Source: the human T2T-CHM13v2.0 reference genome, Homo sapiens. Taken from it: 64,000 bases of DNA. The stretch lies in assembly GCF_009914755.1 (NCBI RefSeq), contig NC_060933.1; one strand, 5' to 3'. The translations under genes were made by a program, and so were the position numbers. The notes under the pieces were generated by a model. It saw only the letters and a list, made by a program, of their open reading frames with translations. It had not been told where the DNA came from and ran no database searches. Positions 1 to 12,992 of the stretch are shown piece after piece (position 1 is the stretch's first letter; the number at the start of each line of letters is the position of its first letter).

Positions 1-1299
1 TCCAGGCCGACGCTCTTGGTTCTGCGTGAAATGAGCCGATTCCACCTTGTCCTCAATGGCGGCTTCTGCTCCCTCAAAGCGGCAGGCCAGGAAGTGGGGA
101 GCCCCAGGTGTGGGTGCAGCAGGCTGCAACGCCCCCCACACACAGACTTGGCCTCAGACAGCTGTCACATGGCACCAGGGAGGTGGCCAGGACTCCAGGA
201 CACATTCTGGTCCAGTCCGGCACTGACCGGGATGAGGGAGAGCTGGCTGCGGCCGCCTGGCTGGGATACTTGGGGGGAAAGCCCTCCCTAGCTCCCCCGA
301 GGCTGGCTGCTGCGAACTGACTGAAGCGCTCATTACAGGGTGTCCACTCTCCCCGGGCTTGGAACTCGGAGGCGAATGTCTCCCCGAGCCTGTTTCCCTT
401 TCGTAGACGTCGGCAGCGGCTCCGTGTGAACCTGCCGTCTCCTACATCGCGGTACAGTTTCTCAAACAGATCGCGCAGCTGGGGCCAAGCCCAGGCTGTC
501 GTGCCTGAGGACGCATCTTCTTTTATCGGGCATAGGCCCACATTCAGGGTTCGGGGTCGCAGGTCCTGCGGGAGCAGAGCCTGCAGGGCCCCCTCAGGAA
601 ACCTGTGCTGATGCTGTCCTGAGCTCCCTGTGCCCGGCCTTCCACACGCGGGGAGGACACCCCCGTGCAGACTGCGCCCAGGGGAGGAGACCCACCCAAC
701 ACCAACAGGCCCTGTCGGTGAAACCTCAGAGACAGGGGTCTTGGGTTTGGGCTCTGAGGCTCGGGACACAAGATTCAATAAGAGCAAAGTCATCTCCTCT
801 GGAGTGAGAGGCTGCTGAAAACGGAACCCAGGCTTTCCTACAAAGCGCCCAGGAGCAGCCCCGCAGCCCTCCATGTGCTCAGTGCCTGTGGCCCTGGGGC
901 TGCTGCCCACTCCTCTGCTGCATCTGTGACAAAACTCCGAGACACCCGCTTCTCAAAGCCCTGCATGAAGGTTACGTGTGGTCACGAAGAGATCCTGCAA
1001 AGAACAGTCATCGAAAACTTGGAAATAAAGTAAACAGGCACCCTTCGCGGCCTCTGCCTGATTTGCAACTCAGTAGTGATGACACCCCGTACCCCGTGAC
1101 ATCCTAAGTCTCCTATATGCAACCAAAAGAAAAGCAAATGATTTCCATCCAGTAGCAAAGAGAACCCCAAGGGGCAGCGTTTCCCGGCCCTGCGGAACTC
1201 GAAGAAGTGCTGTAACTAACCCAACAATCTATCCAGCCTCCTCTCCTCAGTGACTCTAAACACCCAGTTCCTCAAATGTTCTCTGAGCCAGGTTTCCTG

Positions 1300-1672
1300 C
1301 CCATACCACGACAAAAATGAAATGAAATTCTGATGCACCCCCCAGCCCGGTGAACCTCAAAGACACTATGCCGAGTGAAAGCCACCAGGCACACACAGAC
1401 AACGCCACGGGGTTCCACTCACACGCGGGCACAGAGCAGGACAGTTCAGAGACAGGAAGCAGAACGGAGGTTTCCAGGGGCTGGGGGACTGCGGAGGGGA
1501 GTTGGTGTTCAATGGGTGCAGTTTCGGTCAGGGATGATGAAAACGTTCTGCAAACAGAGGTGAGGGTTGACAGCCATGGGAATGTTCTTACTGCCACTGA
1601 ACTGTGCGCTTAAAAAATGGTTAAAATGGTGAATTTCATGTTGTGTATATTTGACTACAATTTTTAAAAAAT
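1300..1672 (+). mobile_element. Old LINE-1 (L1MB-like) 3' end fragment
   Basis: Characteristic L1MB 3'-end text (gatgatgaaaacgttctg...gccactgaactgtgcgcttaaaaaatggttaaaatggtgaattt...). Subfamily called by eye. Confidence 0.8.
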
Positions 1673-1677
1673 GTATT

Positions 1678-2302
1678 GGCCTGGTGGTGGCTCATGCCTG
1701 TAATCTCAGCACTTTGGGAGGCTGAGGTGGGTGGATCATGAGGTCAGGAGATCGAGACCATCCTGGCTAACACGGTGAAACCCCTTCTCTACTAAAAATA
1801 CAAAAAAAATTAGCCGGGCGTGGTGGCGGGCGCCTGTAGTCCCAGCTACTTGGGACTAGGCGGAGAATGGCGTGAACCCAGGAGGCAGGGCCTGCAGTGA
1901 GCCGAGATCGCGCCACTGCACTCCAGCCTGGGCGACAGAGCGAGACTCTGTCTCAAAAATAAATAAATAAATAAATAAAATAGCCGGGTGTGGTGGTGCG
2001 CGCCTGTAGTCGCAGCCACTTGGGAGGCTGAGGCAGGAGAATCGCTTGAACCCGGAGGTGGAGGTTGCAGTGAGCCGAGATTGCGCCACTACACTCCAGC
2101 CTGGGTGACAGAGAAAAAAACAAACAAAAATTAGCTGGGCGTGGTGGCGGGCGCCTGTAGTCCCAGCCACTTGGGAGGCTGAGGCAGGAGAATTGCTTGA
2201 ACCCGGAGGTGGAGGTTGCAGTGAGCCAAGATTGCGCCATTGCACTCCAGCCTGGGCGACAGAGCAAGACTCCGTCTCAAAAAACAAAACAAAACAAAAA
2301 AA
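1678..2302 (+). mobile_element. AluY followed by two extra tandem Alu right arms
   Basis: AluY-type gagatcgagaccatcctggctaacacggtgaaacccc and gaatggcgtgaacc, with an (AAAT)n tail to 1980. Right arms restart at about 1981 and 2130. Confidence 0.92.
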
Positions 2303-2339
2303 GCAGAAGAGAAACATGGCCTTTGGCAAAACAAACAAA

Positions 2340-2660
2340 CAAACAACAAAAACCCTAACAGGGCACAAAGGACATTGTTGATAAGTCGTGCTTCATTAAA
2401 ATATTGAAAAATAAAGACCAACACTAAGAGAAAAAACAAGCCGAGAAGGACAGACCTTTGCAACATGTGTATCTTCAGCAAAGGGCGTGTGGTGAGAGTA
2501 TGGAAAGAATTCTACAAATTCTACAAATCCATCAAGAAAAGGGAAACGCACAGAGGAGGGAGGGGCAAGAGCCCAGAACAGGCCCTTCACAGAGGAGAAG
2601 GTCCCCAGGCGGTGACACCTGAGCAGGGGGCAGCTGTGTGGTCACCCGGGAAATGCGAGG
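2340..2660 (+). mobile_element. Diverged L1M fragment
   Basis: A-rich L1-like text (gaaagaattctacaaat...gggcaagagcccagaacaggcccttcacagaggag). Confidence 0.55.
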
Positions 2661-2879
2661 GGACCCCAAGGACTCTGGCCACCCCCACACCGGGGAGCAG
2701 GCAAGGGGGCAACAAAATTGTGCTTAAAATTATTTATAAAGTAATAAAAGGTAAGTGAAAGTAGTTTGAAAAGTGAATAAGGAATCAGTGATGAATACTG
2801 ACTTGTGCTTTATACGCAAAGGTGTGCCTTTGGGAGTGAAAACCACGTAAATAATATCAGTCCAAACATAGTTTTGTTT

Positions 2880-3020
2880 TGGGTTTTTTTGTACTTCTTT
2901 TTAGTAGAGACGGGGTTTCACCATGTTAGCCAGGCTGGTCTCAAACTCCTGACCTCGTGATCCACCCGCCTCGGCCTCCCAAAGTGCTGGGATTATAGGC
3001 GTGAGCCACCGCGTCCGGCC
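2880..3020 (-). mobile_element. Alu left-arm fragment
   Basis: ttagtagagacggggtttcaccatgttagccagg...gtgagccaccgcgtccggcc. Confidence 0.9.
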
Positions 3021-3419
3021 CAATCATACTTTTATAATCACGAGGTTTGCCGTACTATCTTTAAACAATCCATGCACGAGTTTACAGACACAGTGGTAGA
3101 GAGTGGGATGGACCAGGCACCCACTCAAACCCTCATCCCCAAGGCCGGGTGCATACCCACCACCTGGCAGGGGTCCCCAGGACCCCCACCCCCCGCAACC
3201 TTGTGGCCAGCCCCACTCGCCTGCAGGCCAGAAGACGCCAGAATTCCACGAAGCTCAGTCCCTCGGAATGCAGAATTCATGAGGGGGACAGGCACATCTG
3301 GGGGCAGGTTCTCCAAATAATTCTGGCTCTCTCATTTCAGGAACTAAAGGCCCAGGCTTTTCCATTTAATCTTTAAATGGCAATCCTTAATACAGGTTTT
3401 TCCATTTAATCCTTAAAGT

Positions 3420-3520
3420 AAGCGCAGGAGAAATACCATTACCCTACTGTACAGATGAGAAAACTGAGGCTTGGAGGTGGGACGTGGCCCGCTCACTGGC
3501 CCTGGAACCGTACCTGGATG
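3420..3520. mobile_element. MIR fragment
   Basis: MIR core-like tacagatgagaaaactgaggct. Confidence 0.65.
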
Positions 3521-5306
3521 CATAGACGGGACTCCAGGGGAATGTACTCCTAGGCCATAAACCTGTGCGAGGCAAGAGGGGCCAGCCCAGCCCCGACATC
3601 GGGACAGAAAGGGGCGTGGGAATGGCTGGGGGACAGGTCAGGCACCTGAATCTCAGCCACATCAGAGCTGAGCAAAGCGAGCCCCTCAGGCAGGGCTGTC
3701 ATCACGAGTGTGGCACCACAGCCACCGCCGCATCCTGGTCCCCAGTAAGCACCCCCAGCGTGGTCCCCTCCAGGAACTGAGGCTCTCAGGGCAGGGCCTC
3801 TCGCCCCTTGTCCAGGCGACCTTGTGGGTAAGCAGGGGAAGCCAAGGCAAACTCAGGAGCACACACCCATCCCCACGGGGAGCAGATGCCCTTAGCACCG
3901 TCGCCGGCATGATGCCGCGCCGCCGCCGCCCCTCTCCGATTCCCTAACGGTTCCCGAGGGAGCACTGAAGGTAAATATGTTAATTTGACTTCAATCATAG
4001 CTTCTTCTTTTTTTTTTTTTAAGTGCACACGGTATTAGTTTAGGGCACGTAACCTGAAATCTACTCACGTATGTCTGTGCGTCCCGTCCTTAACAAGAGA
4101 AAGCTTGAGCTCTTGCCAAGAGGGCTAAGGGCTGAAGAGGCTGCAAGGTGCAGACATCCTCCCAGGGTGGGAACTGCACTCTCTGAGCTGAGGGGGAGAC
4201 CAGGGAGAGGCAGGGCACTTGCCCAGAGTCCCACACCCAGGAAGGGCTGCCTGGCACCCAGCCACCTTCAGGCCTGATGGAACGGGGTGCCATCCTCTGG
4301 CTTCCAGGCAGGAGACACTCCTACAAGCACAGGATGCCAACTACAGAAGCCAATGCGTGGACTCCGGGGGCCCTGCAGGTGCAGCCAAGGAACCAGGATC
4401 TCCAGACAGGCCCCAGGCTGTACAGGCTGGACGCCAGCAGGTGGGGCAGCAAGCCCCTCCTCACCCGCAGGCATGGGCACCCCATGGCCTGCTGAGAATG
4501 ACACGAAGGAACAGGCTGACTCACTGAGTGGAAAGGCCACTTGGCCCTCAACCGAGGGCAGAAGAGAGGCCAGAGGCCCCCCAGAGCTCCTTCCTGGGGC
4601 GCTGCCGTGGCCAGCACTCCCCGAATGCACTCCAGGGTCACCAGAGCCCTGGAGCGTGGCTGCAGAAGCCAGATGGGTCTCAGGCCTCCCACTACCCATT
4701 CTGCGACTAGGAATAGGAAAGTTACGAAATCTTGAAGCCTGTAAGATTTCAGGCCACCAGGACAGGCAGCAGCCGGGGAAGTCTCAACTTTCCAGGACCC
4801 CAAGGCCCCAGGGGCCAGGCCACAGCCGTGCTGTGGAAGGAGCCGCTAGCCCTGCCACCTGTTCCCCAAGGAAAGCTTTTGGAGCTGTTCCCCAGGGAGA
4901 GGCGGCCCTCCTGGAGAGCTACAGATGGGCTCTGCTGGCCATGGGGCTGCCTGGGCCAGGCCTGGGGCTGACCTGATAGCCCACACCCTTGGCCACCCAC
5001 TGTAGTCATGGCCCAGCTGGCAGAGACACACAGTCCCTACCCCGGGCGTGGCTGCCAGCCAAAGCCCATGCCACTGTGCCCCACAAAAGCCAACGGTTTG
5101 ACCACAAGGGCCTCCTGGCAGGGCCCTGTAGCCACGCCACACCAGGGATGGTGCCAGAGCGGTACTGCACCCCCAGCCTGTACAGCCTCATCCCAGCAGG
5201 GCCCCCGCACCCATCTCTGTGCTCTCCTTCTCTGAGCCCAGGCCCCTTCGCTGCCCCTACATGGGATGCCACCTCTCAGGGCATCCAAAACCCAACCCAG
5301 GTTCTA

Positions 5307-5594
<288 letters not shown>

Positions 5595-7355
5595 TCAGCC
5601 CAGGAAGGACACTCCACGGAGCTCTTGCTTATCTGATTTGGAGGTCGTGGAGTGTGGGTTAGCTGGGGGTCTCCTCCTCTCCAGACACGTGGAGACGGGG
5701 GGCCGTGACACACACCCAGACCCCAGCGGAGTCACTGCAGAGGATGCAGGGAGAGCAGACGGCAGATGACCACAGGCCGGCCTGTGCCCGGCGCAAACTC
5801 CAGCCTGCTGCATCAGGCCCCCAGCAGAGCCGCCCCTGCGTGCTAGGGTGCCAAGCCCCAGCCGCTCGAGTAGGTCGGGGGGACACAGGCCTGGGACAGG
5901 TCCAAGGTGGCAGCCCCTCCCGCTGTCTCCCACCCCAAGCACATTCTGATTAACAGAGGTGACGGAGGAGGAAGTTTTCATCCCAGAACCCCATGGGCCC
6001 AGGGTCACGGATCACAAACGGCTGCGGGGAGAAGAAACGCGCGTTTCCCATATTTCTCGTAACACAGGAAACCATTCCCAGAGGAGGAAGCCCAGACCAA
6101 ACGGACCCTCAGTGGCCACTCGGGGACTCTCCAGCCACCCAGGCCGCTGGAAACCCAGGGGAAGGAACCAGGTGGACTCAGTCCCGACGGGCACTGGGGG
6201 CTCCGCAGGACAGGGCAGGGGTCAGCATGCCTGGGCTTGAACTGTAGAGTAACCGGAACGACCTGCACACCACACAACCCCAACCAAGATGAAGCCAGCC
6301 ACCCGCTGGGCTCCCCATGGCCCAGCCCCACCCGCTCACAGCCATGGTTCCCATCCTCCACGCGTCCTCCCAGCTGGGAACTCAGCACTCGGACCTGCTC
6401 TCTGAGCGCGGGGTGCCCAGGAAGGCGGTGCCGGGCGTCCGCTTCCACCTCGGGCTGTAACAGAATTCCCTCGTGACGTTTCTTGGAAATCAGTGGCTGT
6501 AATCACAGCTGCCGAATCTCTGCAAAGGCCTCTCAGCTGCTGGGTTTTGGTGTAATTATTACGAAAGCACACTTAAAGTGAGGATGAGCTGAAGCCTCTG
6601 GGAAAACCCAAGGGCCCAGGGAGGGCAGCTGCGGCCCCCAGGCCAGGAACACACACAGCCCCTCCTGGCTCGGGCCCTGGGGCACCATCCCCACCAAGTG
6701 GCGGCAGCAGCTGGCCCCTGACCAAGCTCCCTCTACCTGGATGGCACCTGGCCCAGGTAACCAGGCAACACCAGGCTGAGGGCAAGGCGGGGAGGGCAGC
6801 CAGCCCCCACCCCCGCCCACCGGACCCCTGCTGTCTTTGCACCGCTTCTCGCAGTCCAGCCCACCTGCAGCAGCACCCCGAAACCCCAGGGCTCCTGCAG
6901 AACTCAGAGATCAGGGTGGAGCTGACGCGAGAGCCAGGCTGCAGCAAAGGCCAATCTGCCCTGGACAGGGCCTCCAACCTCACTGGGCCCATTTCTCCTT
7001 TCACAAAATGGGGGCACCAGCCATTCTCCAAAGACTCTCCACCTGAACACGACCTGCCGGGGCCCTGGGTCAGCTCATCACTAAAGCAGGTGACCGCCCA
7101 GGACTCCCAGCAGAAGGGAGAGGTGGGGCTGAGGGATGCCCCCTCTGCCCGTCTCCCCAGGGTCTTCACCCTCAGGACCATCGGTGTGGCCACGCCACGG
7201 CCTGATGGAAGGGGGCGGGGAGCCTCAGGTCCCACACAGGCTTGGGAAGCAGAGGCCACCCCAAGGCCAAGTCCGGGCTCTGCCCCGCCTGTGCCACGTG
7301 CTGAGCCGGCGGATGGGCCTCCGGGATGCTCAGGTTCACCTGCCTCCCCACCATG

Positions 7356-7461
7356 CCTGTGAGAGGTCTGGGCAGGTGTGCACAGGGCCGAGCTGATGGT
7401 GGCCCTCACCTGTGAGAGGTCTGGGCAGGTGTGTGCAGGGCGGAGCTGACAGTGGCCCTCA
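7356..7461. repeat. ~53-bp tandem duplication (2 copies)
   Basis: cctgtgagaggtctgggcaggtgtg...gagctga..gtggccctca occurs twice head to tail. Confidence 0.85.
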
Positions 7462-8368
7462 TCTCAACGGGGTCACCATCCATGAAGCACTGGGTCTGGC
7501 CCTCGGAGCCCGACAAACAAAACCAGGTAGAGCCGAGGCGTCTTAGCAGGTGCTGCTGAGCTGATGGAGACCCTCCACCCGCCAGGCCCTCGCTGCCTCC
7601 ACGGACCTGCCCCACCAGGAAGCACCCCTCCTGCCAGCACCCAACCCCAACAGGGGCGCAGCCCTCAATCCAGCGTGTGCACCATCAGATCACAGCCCCC
7701 TCTCCCCGGCGGGTGGGGCTGGCTCTTGGCCAGCGGATCCCACAGACGCCCCGTTCTCTGGGTGTTGACTGCCCTCCCTCTCCCCAGAAGGAAAGACAGA
7801 CACCATCTTCCATAAGCAGCTGAGTGTATTTCTGCTCATTTCCCACCGTGCATGGCCCTCTCTACGCCTAGGATTTTGTGCTGCCTGCCTCACTCCTGCC
7901 AGATATCAGGGCGAGGGGGAAGACGCCGTGTTTTACGGCTGTCATAACTTCTGCCCCATTAGACATCTACACTCACATGAAAGCGACCAGACTGATCTCC
8001 TGACGACCGAGCACTTCACACGGCAGAACCTTTCTGGCACCGCAACAGAAACCTGAGGGCCCTCTTCCTCGATGCCAGAAACGGGGCCACCCTGCTGGAG
8101 CGGAGGCTGTTGACATCACACGCTCCCAACAGAAGAGCCAGTGGCCACAGGGCTCAGGGGAGCTGGTGGGGGTCAGAGCCCCTGGGGAGCTGCTCTCCTG
8201 AGTCCAGGTACAGTCAATGCTTCACCCCAACCTGAGCCTAGGCACGCGGAGGTCATCTCCTTGCTCAGGGAGGCAGCACCGCCCTCCCTTCCTTCCCAGG
8301 CTGGGTTGTGGGGGAGGCAGCCACAGAGAAGAGGGAGTGGGGCAGGTGGACACTTTGGCCTTCACCCC

Positions 8369-8745
8369 TGTACTAGGAATAGCATCTCTCCAAAATCCAC
8401 ATGCACCCCAAACTCGAATGTGACTGTATTTGGAACTAGGGTCTTTGCAGATGTAAGATCAAGTTCACATGAGAGCTTCCCAGATTTAGGGCAGGTCCAG
8501 AGGTGTCTTCTGAGAAGGGAAAACGCGGACACCTGTGAAGAGCGCCGTGCAGAGGCCAGGCCGAGACTGGCACGAGACGGGCATGAGCCCAGGGCACCAC
8601 AGGCGGCTGGCACCACGCTGCGGAGGCAGGCGGGGGCCCCGAGACACTGTGGCCTGGGGCTTTTGGCCTCCACCGCTGTGCAAGAAGAAATTCCTGCTGT
8701 TTCAGGCCTCCCCACCTCTCCACCTGTTAGTGGTGGCACGTTCCG
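8369..8745 (+). mobile_element. MaLR solo LTR (MLT1-like)
   Basis: gaatgtgactgtatttggaactagggtctttgcagatgtaa is a typical MLT1 5' motif. Confidence 0.8.
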
Positions 8746-9689
8746 GCCGCCCACGACATTCATCTCGACCGCTGCTGAGGGGACCCCCGGCCTGGCTGGG
8801 TTGAGGGCAGATCTTCTCAGACAGACGATGTCCACCAAGAACCTGGCTGGCCCAGGCAGCTCTGGGGCCCAGAGACAGATGCAGTCAAAGCTGAGAAAGC
8901 CTCTCCGCCTCACCCCAACTTCTCCCGCATCACTGGGTGGGGAGACCCAAGACCTGGCCACAACCCCATCTCCTAGTTCCTCTACAGCCCCACAGCCTGA
9001 GGAAGAGCGGGGAGGTGGGGAAGGTGGTGCTCGCTGAGGGTGTCCCTCACTCAGTGGCTCCAGGGACAACTGAGGGACATGGATCCAGCCAGGAGGGGAC
9101 CCGTCTTTCCAGGAGCAGTGGGTTCCGATGAGACCCTCAACACCCACTCACCAACCTGCAGCCTCCCCGCTCCCAGGTCAAAGACCTCCACACCCAGACC
9201 TGGTCCTGGGTAGCCAACCCCTCCCCTACTGCATGCCCCAGCCCCTCCTGTGTCCAGCCCTGTCCCCATGCACACCTGGGGCCTTCACCAAAGGCGGGTT
9301 GCTGGAGGGCTGCTTCCGAGACTCATCCATCACACAGACACCTCCTACGCAATGTCCGGTCTCCGCTGGTGGGGCAACGTCCAAGAAGGCGGTATCTCTG
9401 ACGTCCCTGCCCAAGACGCCAATCACCAGGAGGCCACAGACAAACCTACCTCGAGGGTCCATCTATCAAATCTGTCAAACTGGCCCAGACCCCGGAGTCA
9501 GGGTCACGAAGGCCATGGAAAGGCCACAGAATACACCAGGCTGGAAGAGCCCAGAGACACAGCAAGACTCAAACAGACGCGCACGCCACGTCCATAGCGG
9601 CAGCACCAGACAGCCAAGAGGCAAGTGGCCCCAGGGTCCGCCAATGGGTGACAGTCAAAGGAAATGGCGGCGGGCGCACACACACACAT

Positions 9690-10035
9690 ACATCACGCAG
9701 CCTGGAGAAGGGACGGGCTCCGCCACTCCCTGCAACCCGGAGGAGCCGTGGGGAGAGGGTGCGGAGCAAATGAGCCAGTCACACGAGGACACCCCCTGTG
9801 GGACTCCACTCACATGCAGTCCCGGAAGCAGGCCTACAGAGACAGGAAGTAGAAAGGTGCCTGCCAGGGGCTGGGGCAAGGATGGGGAGTTTGTGTCTAA
9901 TGGGGAAAGGGGTTCAGTTTGGGCAGATGAAACAGTTCTAGAGATGGTGCTGAGGGCAGCGCAAAAATGTGCATGCTTCATTCCACTGAAAAAGCTAAAA
10001 CGGTAAATTTTATGTATAATTAATCAGAAAGTTTT
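9690..10035 (+). mobile_element. L1MB-like 3' fragment
   Basis: ggggagtttgtgtctaatgggg...ttcagtttgggcagatgaaacagttctagagatgg. Confidence 0.75.
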
Positions 10036-10045
10036 TAAAATTTGA

Positions 10046-10470
<425 letters not shown>

Positions 10471-10824
10471 TTTTTAATTAAATTTAAAGAGACTCAACAA
10501 GTAACTGTACTGAGGGGTCTGCACTGGATCTGCTGGTGTAAGGCCAGGAGGGGCCTGGGAGGCGGCTGCCAGGGGGTGGGTACAGGCGGGTGGCGGGCAG
10601 CCCTCTGCCCACACTGGAACAAGACACACAGGTATGCAGGGGAGGTTTACCTCAAATCGTTCGGGAAAATGTTCTTTGTACAATACTTGACATTTTTCTG
10701 TAAGTTTAATTACTTTATCTTTTACCTTTTTTCTTAAACATCTGAAGCAAAGTCCCCACCTGCCAATGCTGGGTAGCCAGGTGGGGTAGGTCCCTCCACA
10801 ATCCTGAACTCACTGTGGAAACAA

Positions 10825-11031
10825 GGGGTTGGCAGAGCCCAGAGGCCGGGCGCCGTGCAGGGCAGCTCCAATGGGAGGGGCTGGCAGAGCCCGGAGGCTG
10901 GGCACTGCACAGAACGGCTCTGATGGGAGGGGTTGGCAGAGCCCAGAGACTGGGCACCGCGCAGGGCAGCTCCGATGGGAGGGGTTGGCAGAGCCCGGAG
11001 TCCGGGCGCCACGCAGGGCAGCTCCGACGGG
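10825..11031. repeat. 52-bp minisatellite, ~4 copies
   Basis: ggcagagccc recurs at 10831, 10883, 10935 and 10987. Confidence 0.9.
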
Positions 11032-11874
11032 CAGGAGCCGCCTCCAGGCCCTTCACCTCGGGCTGGAGAAAACCAAGTCACCCCTGGGGACCCTTGTTGG
11101 ACATTCTAAAAACCTTCAGAAGCCACTCCCTGAATGTGGCCAGGACCCTCCATGGGCCTTCAGAGCAGCAAAGCGCAGTGCCTGCCTTCCTGTGAGAGAA
11201 CCCTCACACCGTGCAGCTGGGGACAGGACGAAGGGCACATGCCCCCCGAGGCCTCCCACTCAGAGCTGGGAGGGGTTTGGGGGGTGGGGGTGCCTCTGTT
11301 TTCCTGCATCATCAGGAGCCTGGTGAGGCCTAGGGCTGAGCCCTGGGGCAGCTGCTGGTCTGGATGGCACCGGGCCTGGCTCTTGAGGTCCCAGGTCTGC
11401 GAGCGGCTGGGCTTCCCTGAGGTCTGGCTTGGTGTGGGCCCCAGGGACGTCGCATGCCCCCAGCTTCCCGACAGCCATCTGCCTGCCAGCACCCAGCCAC
11501 GGTCCCACCCCGGGCTCCACTGTGACCCACACGCTGTCATTTCCAGGCCACTTCCTATGACATGGACTCACCGCCTAAACTGGGTTACAATAATTAACAC
11601 GAATCCTGTTCCCAAACTTACATAACCGCAGATGACAACGCCGACTCCTAGGAAAACCCTCCCCGACCAGTGGCCCCGTTTCCCTCCCACGACCCCCGCT
11701 CAGCTTGGGCCTGGAGCTGGCCAGCTGCACTGGTTTCACGCCCATCCAGGTGCCATCCCAGCAGCGGCTGCTGTCTGTGCCTGGCTCCTCCCACTGTCCT
11801 GGGCAAGTGCAGAGCCAGCCCCCCAGTGCCCTCTACGCACTAAAGGCTTTCTGCCCCTCCCACACCACACCGGG

Positions 11875-12290
11875 GGTTCGCATCTACCTGACCCTTTGAA
11901 TGCGGCCTTATTTGGAAACAGGGTCTTTACAGATATCATTAGTGAAAGGTAAGATGAGATATCCCGGATTTAGGGTGGACCCTAACACGCATCCTTACAG
12001 AAGGGAGAAGTTTGGACACAGATGCACAGAAGGAAGGTGGCCGTGTGAGGACGGAGGCAGAGACTGGGCCCATGATCCCACATGCCAAGAAAGGCCCAGG
12101 ACAGTGGCAGCCTTGGGAGCTGGAGGGCGGCATGTGACAAAGTCTCCCTCAAAGCCTCTGGAGGAACCAGCCCTGAAGATGCACAGAGTGTCAACTCCGG
12201 GCCTGCAGAACTGGGACAGGAGCACTCTCTGAGGCTTCCTGCCACCAAACCTGTGGGCTCTGTCGTGGTGGCCCCAGGAGATGGATACCC
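11875..12290 (+). mobile_element. MaLR solo LTR (MLT1-like)
   Basis: gaatgcggccttatttggaaacagggtctttacagat...gattagggtggaccctaa-like text. Confidence 0.8.
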
Positions 12291-12890
12291 TGCCCCACTC
12301 CAACACACCCCAGGGTGCTGGAAAAGCCCCTTCCCTCCTCCTGGCCTGTCACCTGCACAGCTGCAAATAGACACCCTGCCCTCCTGGAGCTGGCAGACTC
12401 CCACGGGGACCCCCAGAGCGGCATTCGCAGGGGTCGGGCCAGCCCCACTGGAAGGGAGGGCGACAGAGCCAGTCCTCGCAGGGCCCGGCTGGGGAAGGGC
12501 CCCGCAGCTTCTGGGGCCGCCTGGGAGCCCTCTCTGGGTCTGCCTTGGGCTGGCCCTAGACCTTCCTGGTGACCAGAAAGCAGGATACGGTACCCCATTC
12601 GGAGCTCACAGCGGGAAAACTGAGACCCAGGGAGGCCATGGTGTTTGCCCAGCTTCCACCGCAGCACGGGGGGAAATGAGGCTCGAATCCCAAGAGAACA
12701 CTTGCTCTCCAACCCTGGAAGTGGCTGCTCAGCTGAGGACAGCCCAGGACGGCACCGGCAAGATCCCCAACGAGGCCCCAAGCGCCCTGTCCTCCCCGGT
12801 CTGAGCTGCTCGAGGGAGGGCAAGCCCTCCCCGTCCCTTGTCTGCTGCCCAAGGCCGGCCGTGGCCCAGGAAGGCCCAGTTTCCCACCCC

Positions 12891-12992
12891 GGGGACTCTG
12901 CTGGGAAGTTCCGGGAGGTGACCTGGGGACTCTGCTGGGAAGTTCCGGGAGGTGACCTGGGGACTCTGCTGAGAAGTTCCAGAGGTGACCTG
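12891..12992. repeat. 34-bp tandem repeat, 3 copies
   Basis: ggggactctgctgggaagttccgggaggtgacct at 12891, 12925 and 12959 (third copy has 2 changes). Confidence 0.92.

Noticed and set aside
74-910. 278-aa minus-strand ORF
   Set aside because: GTG start, no recognisable homology or codon bias; lies in presumed intron sequence.
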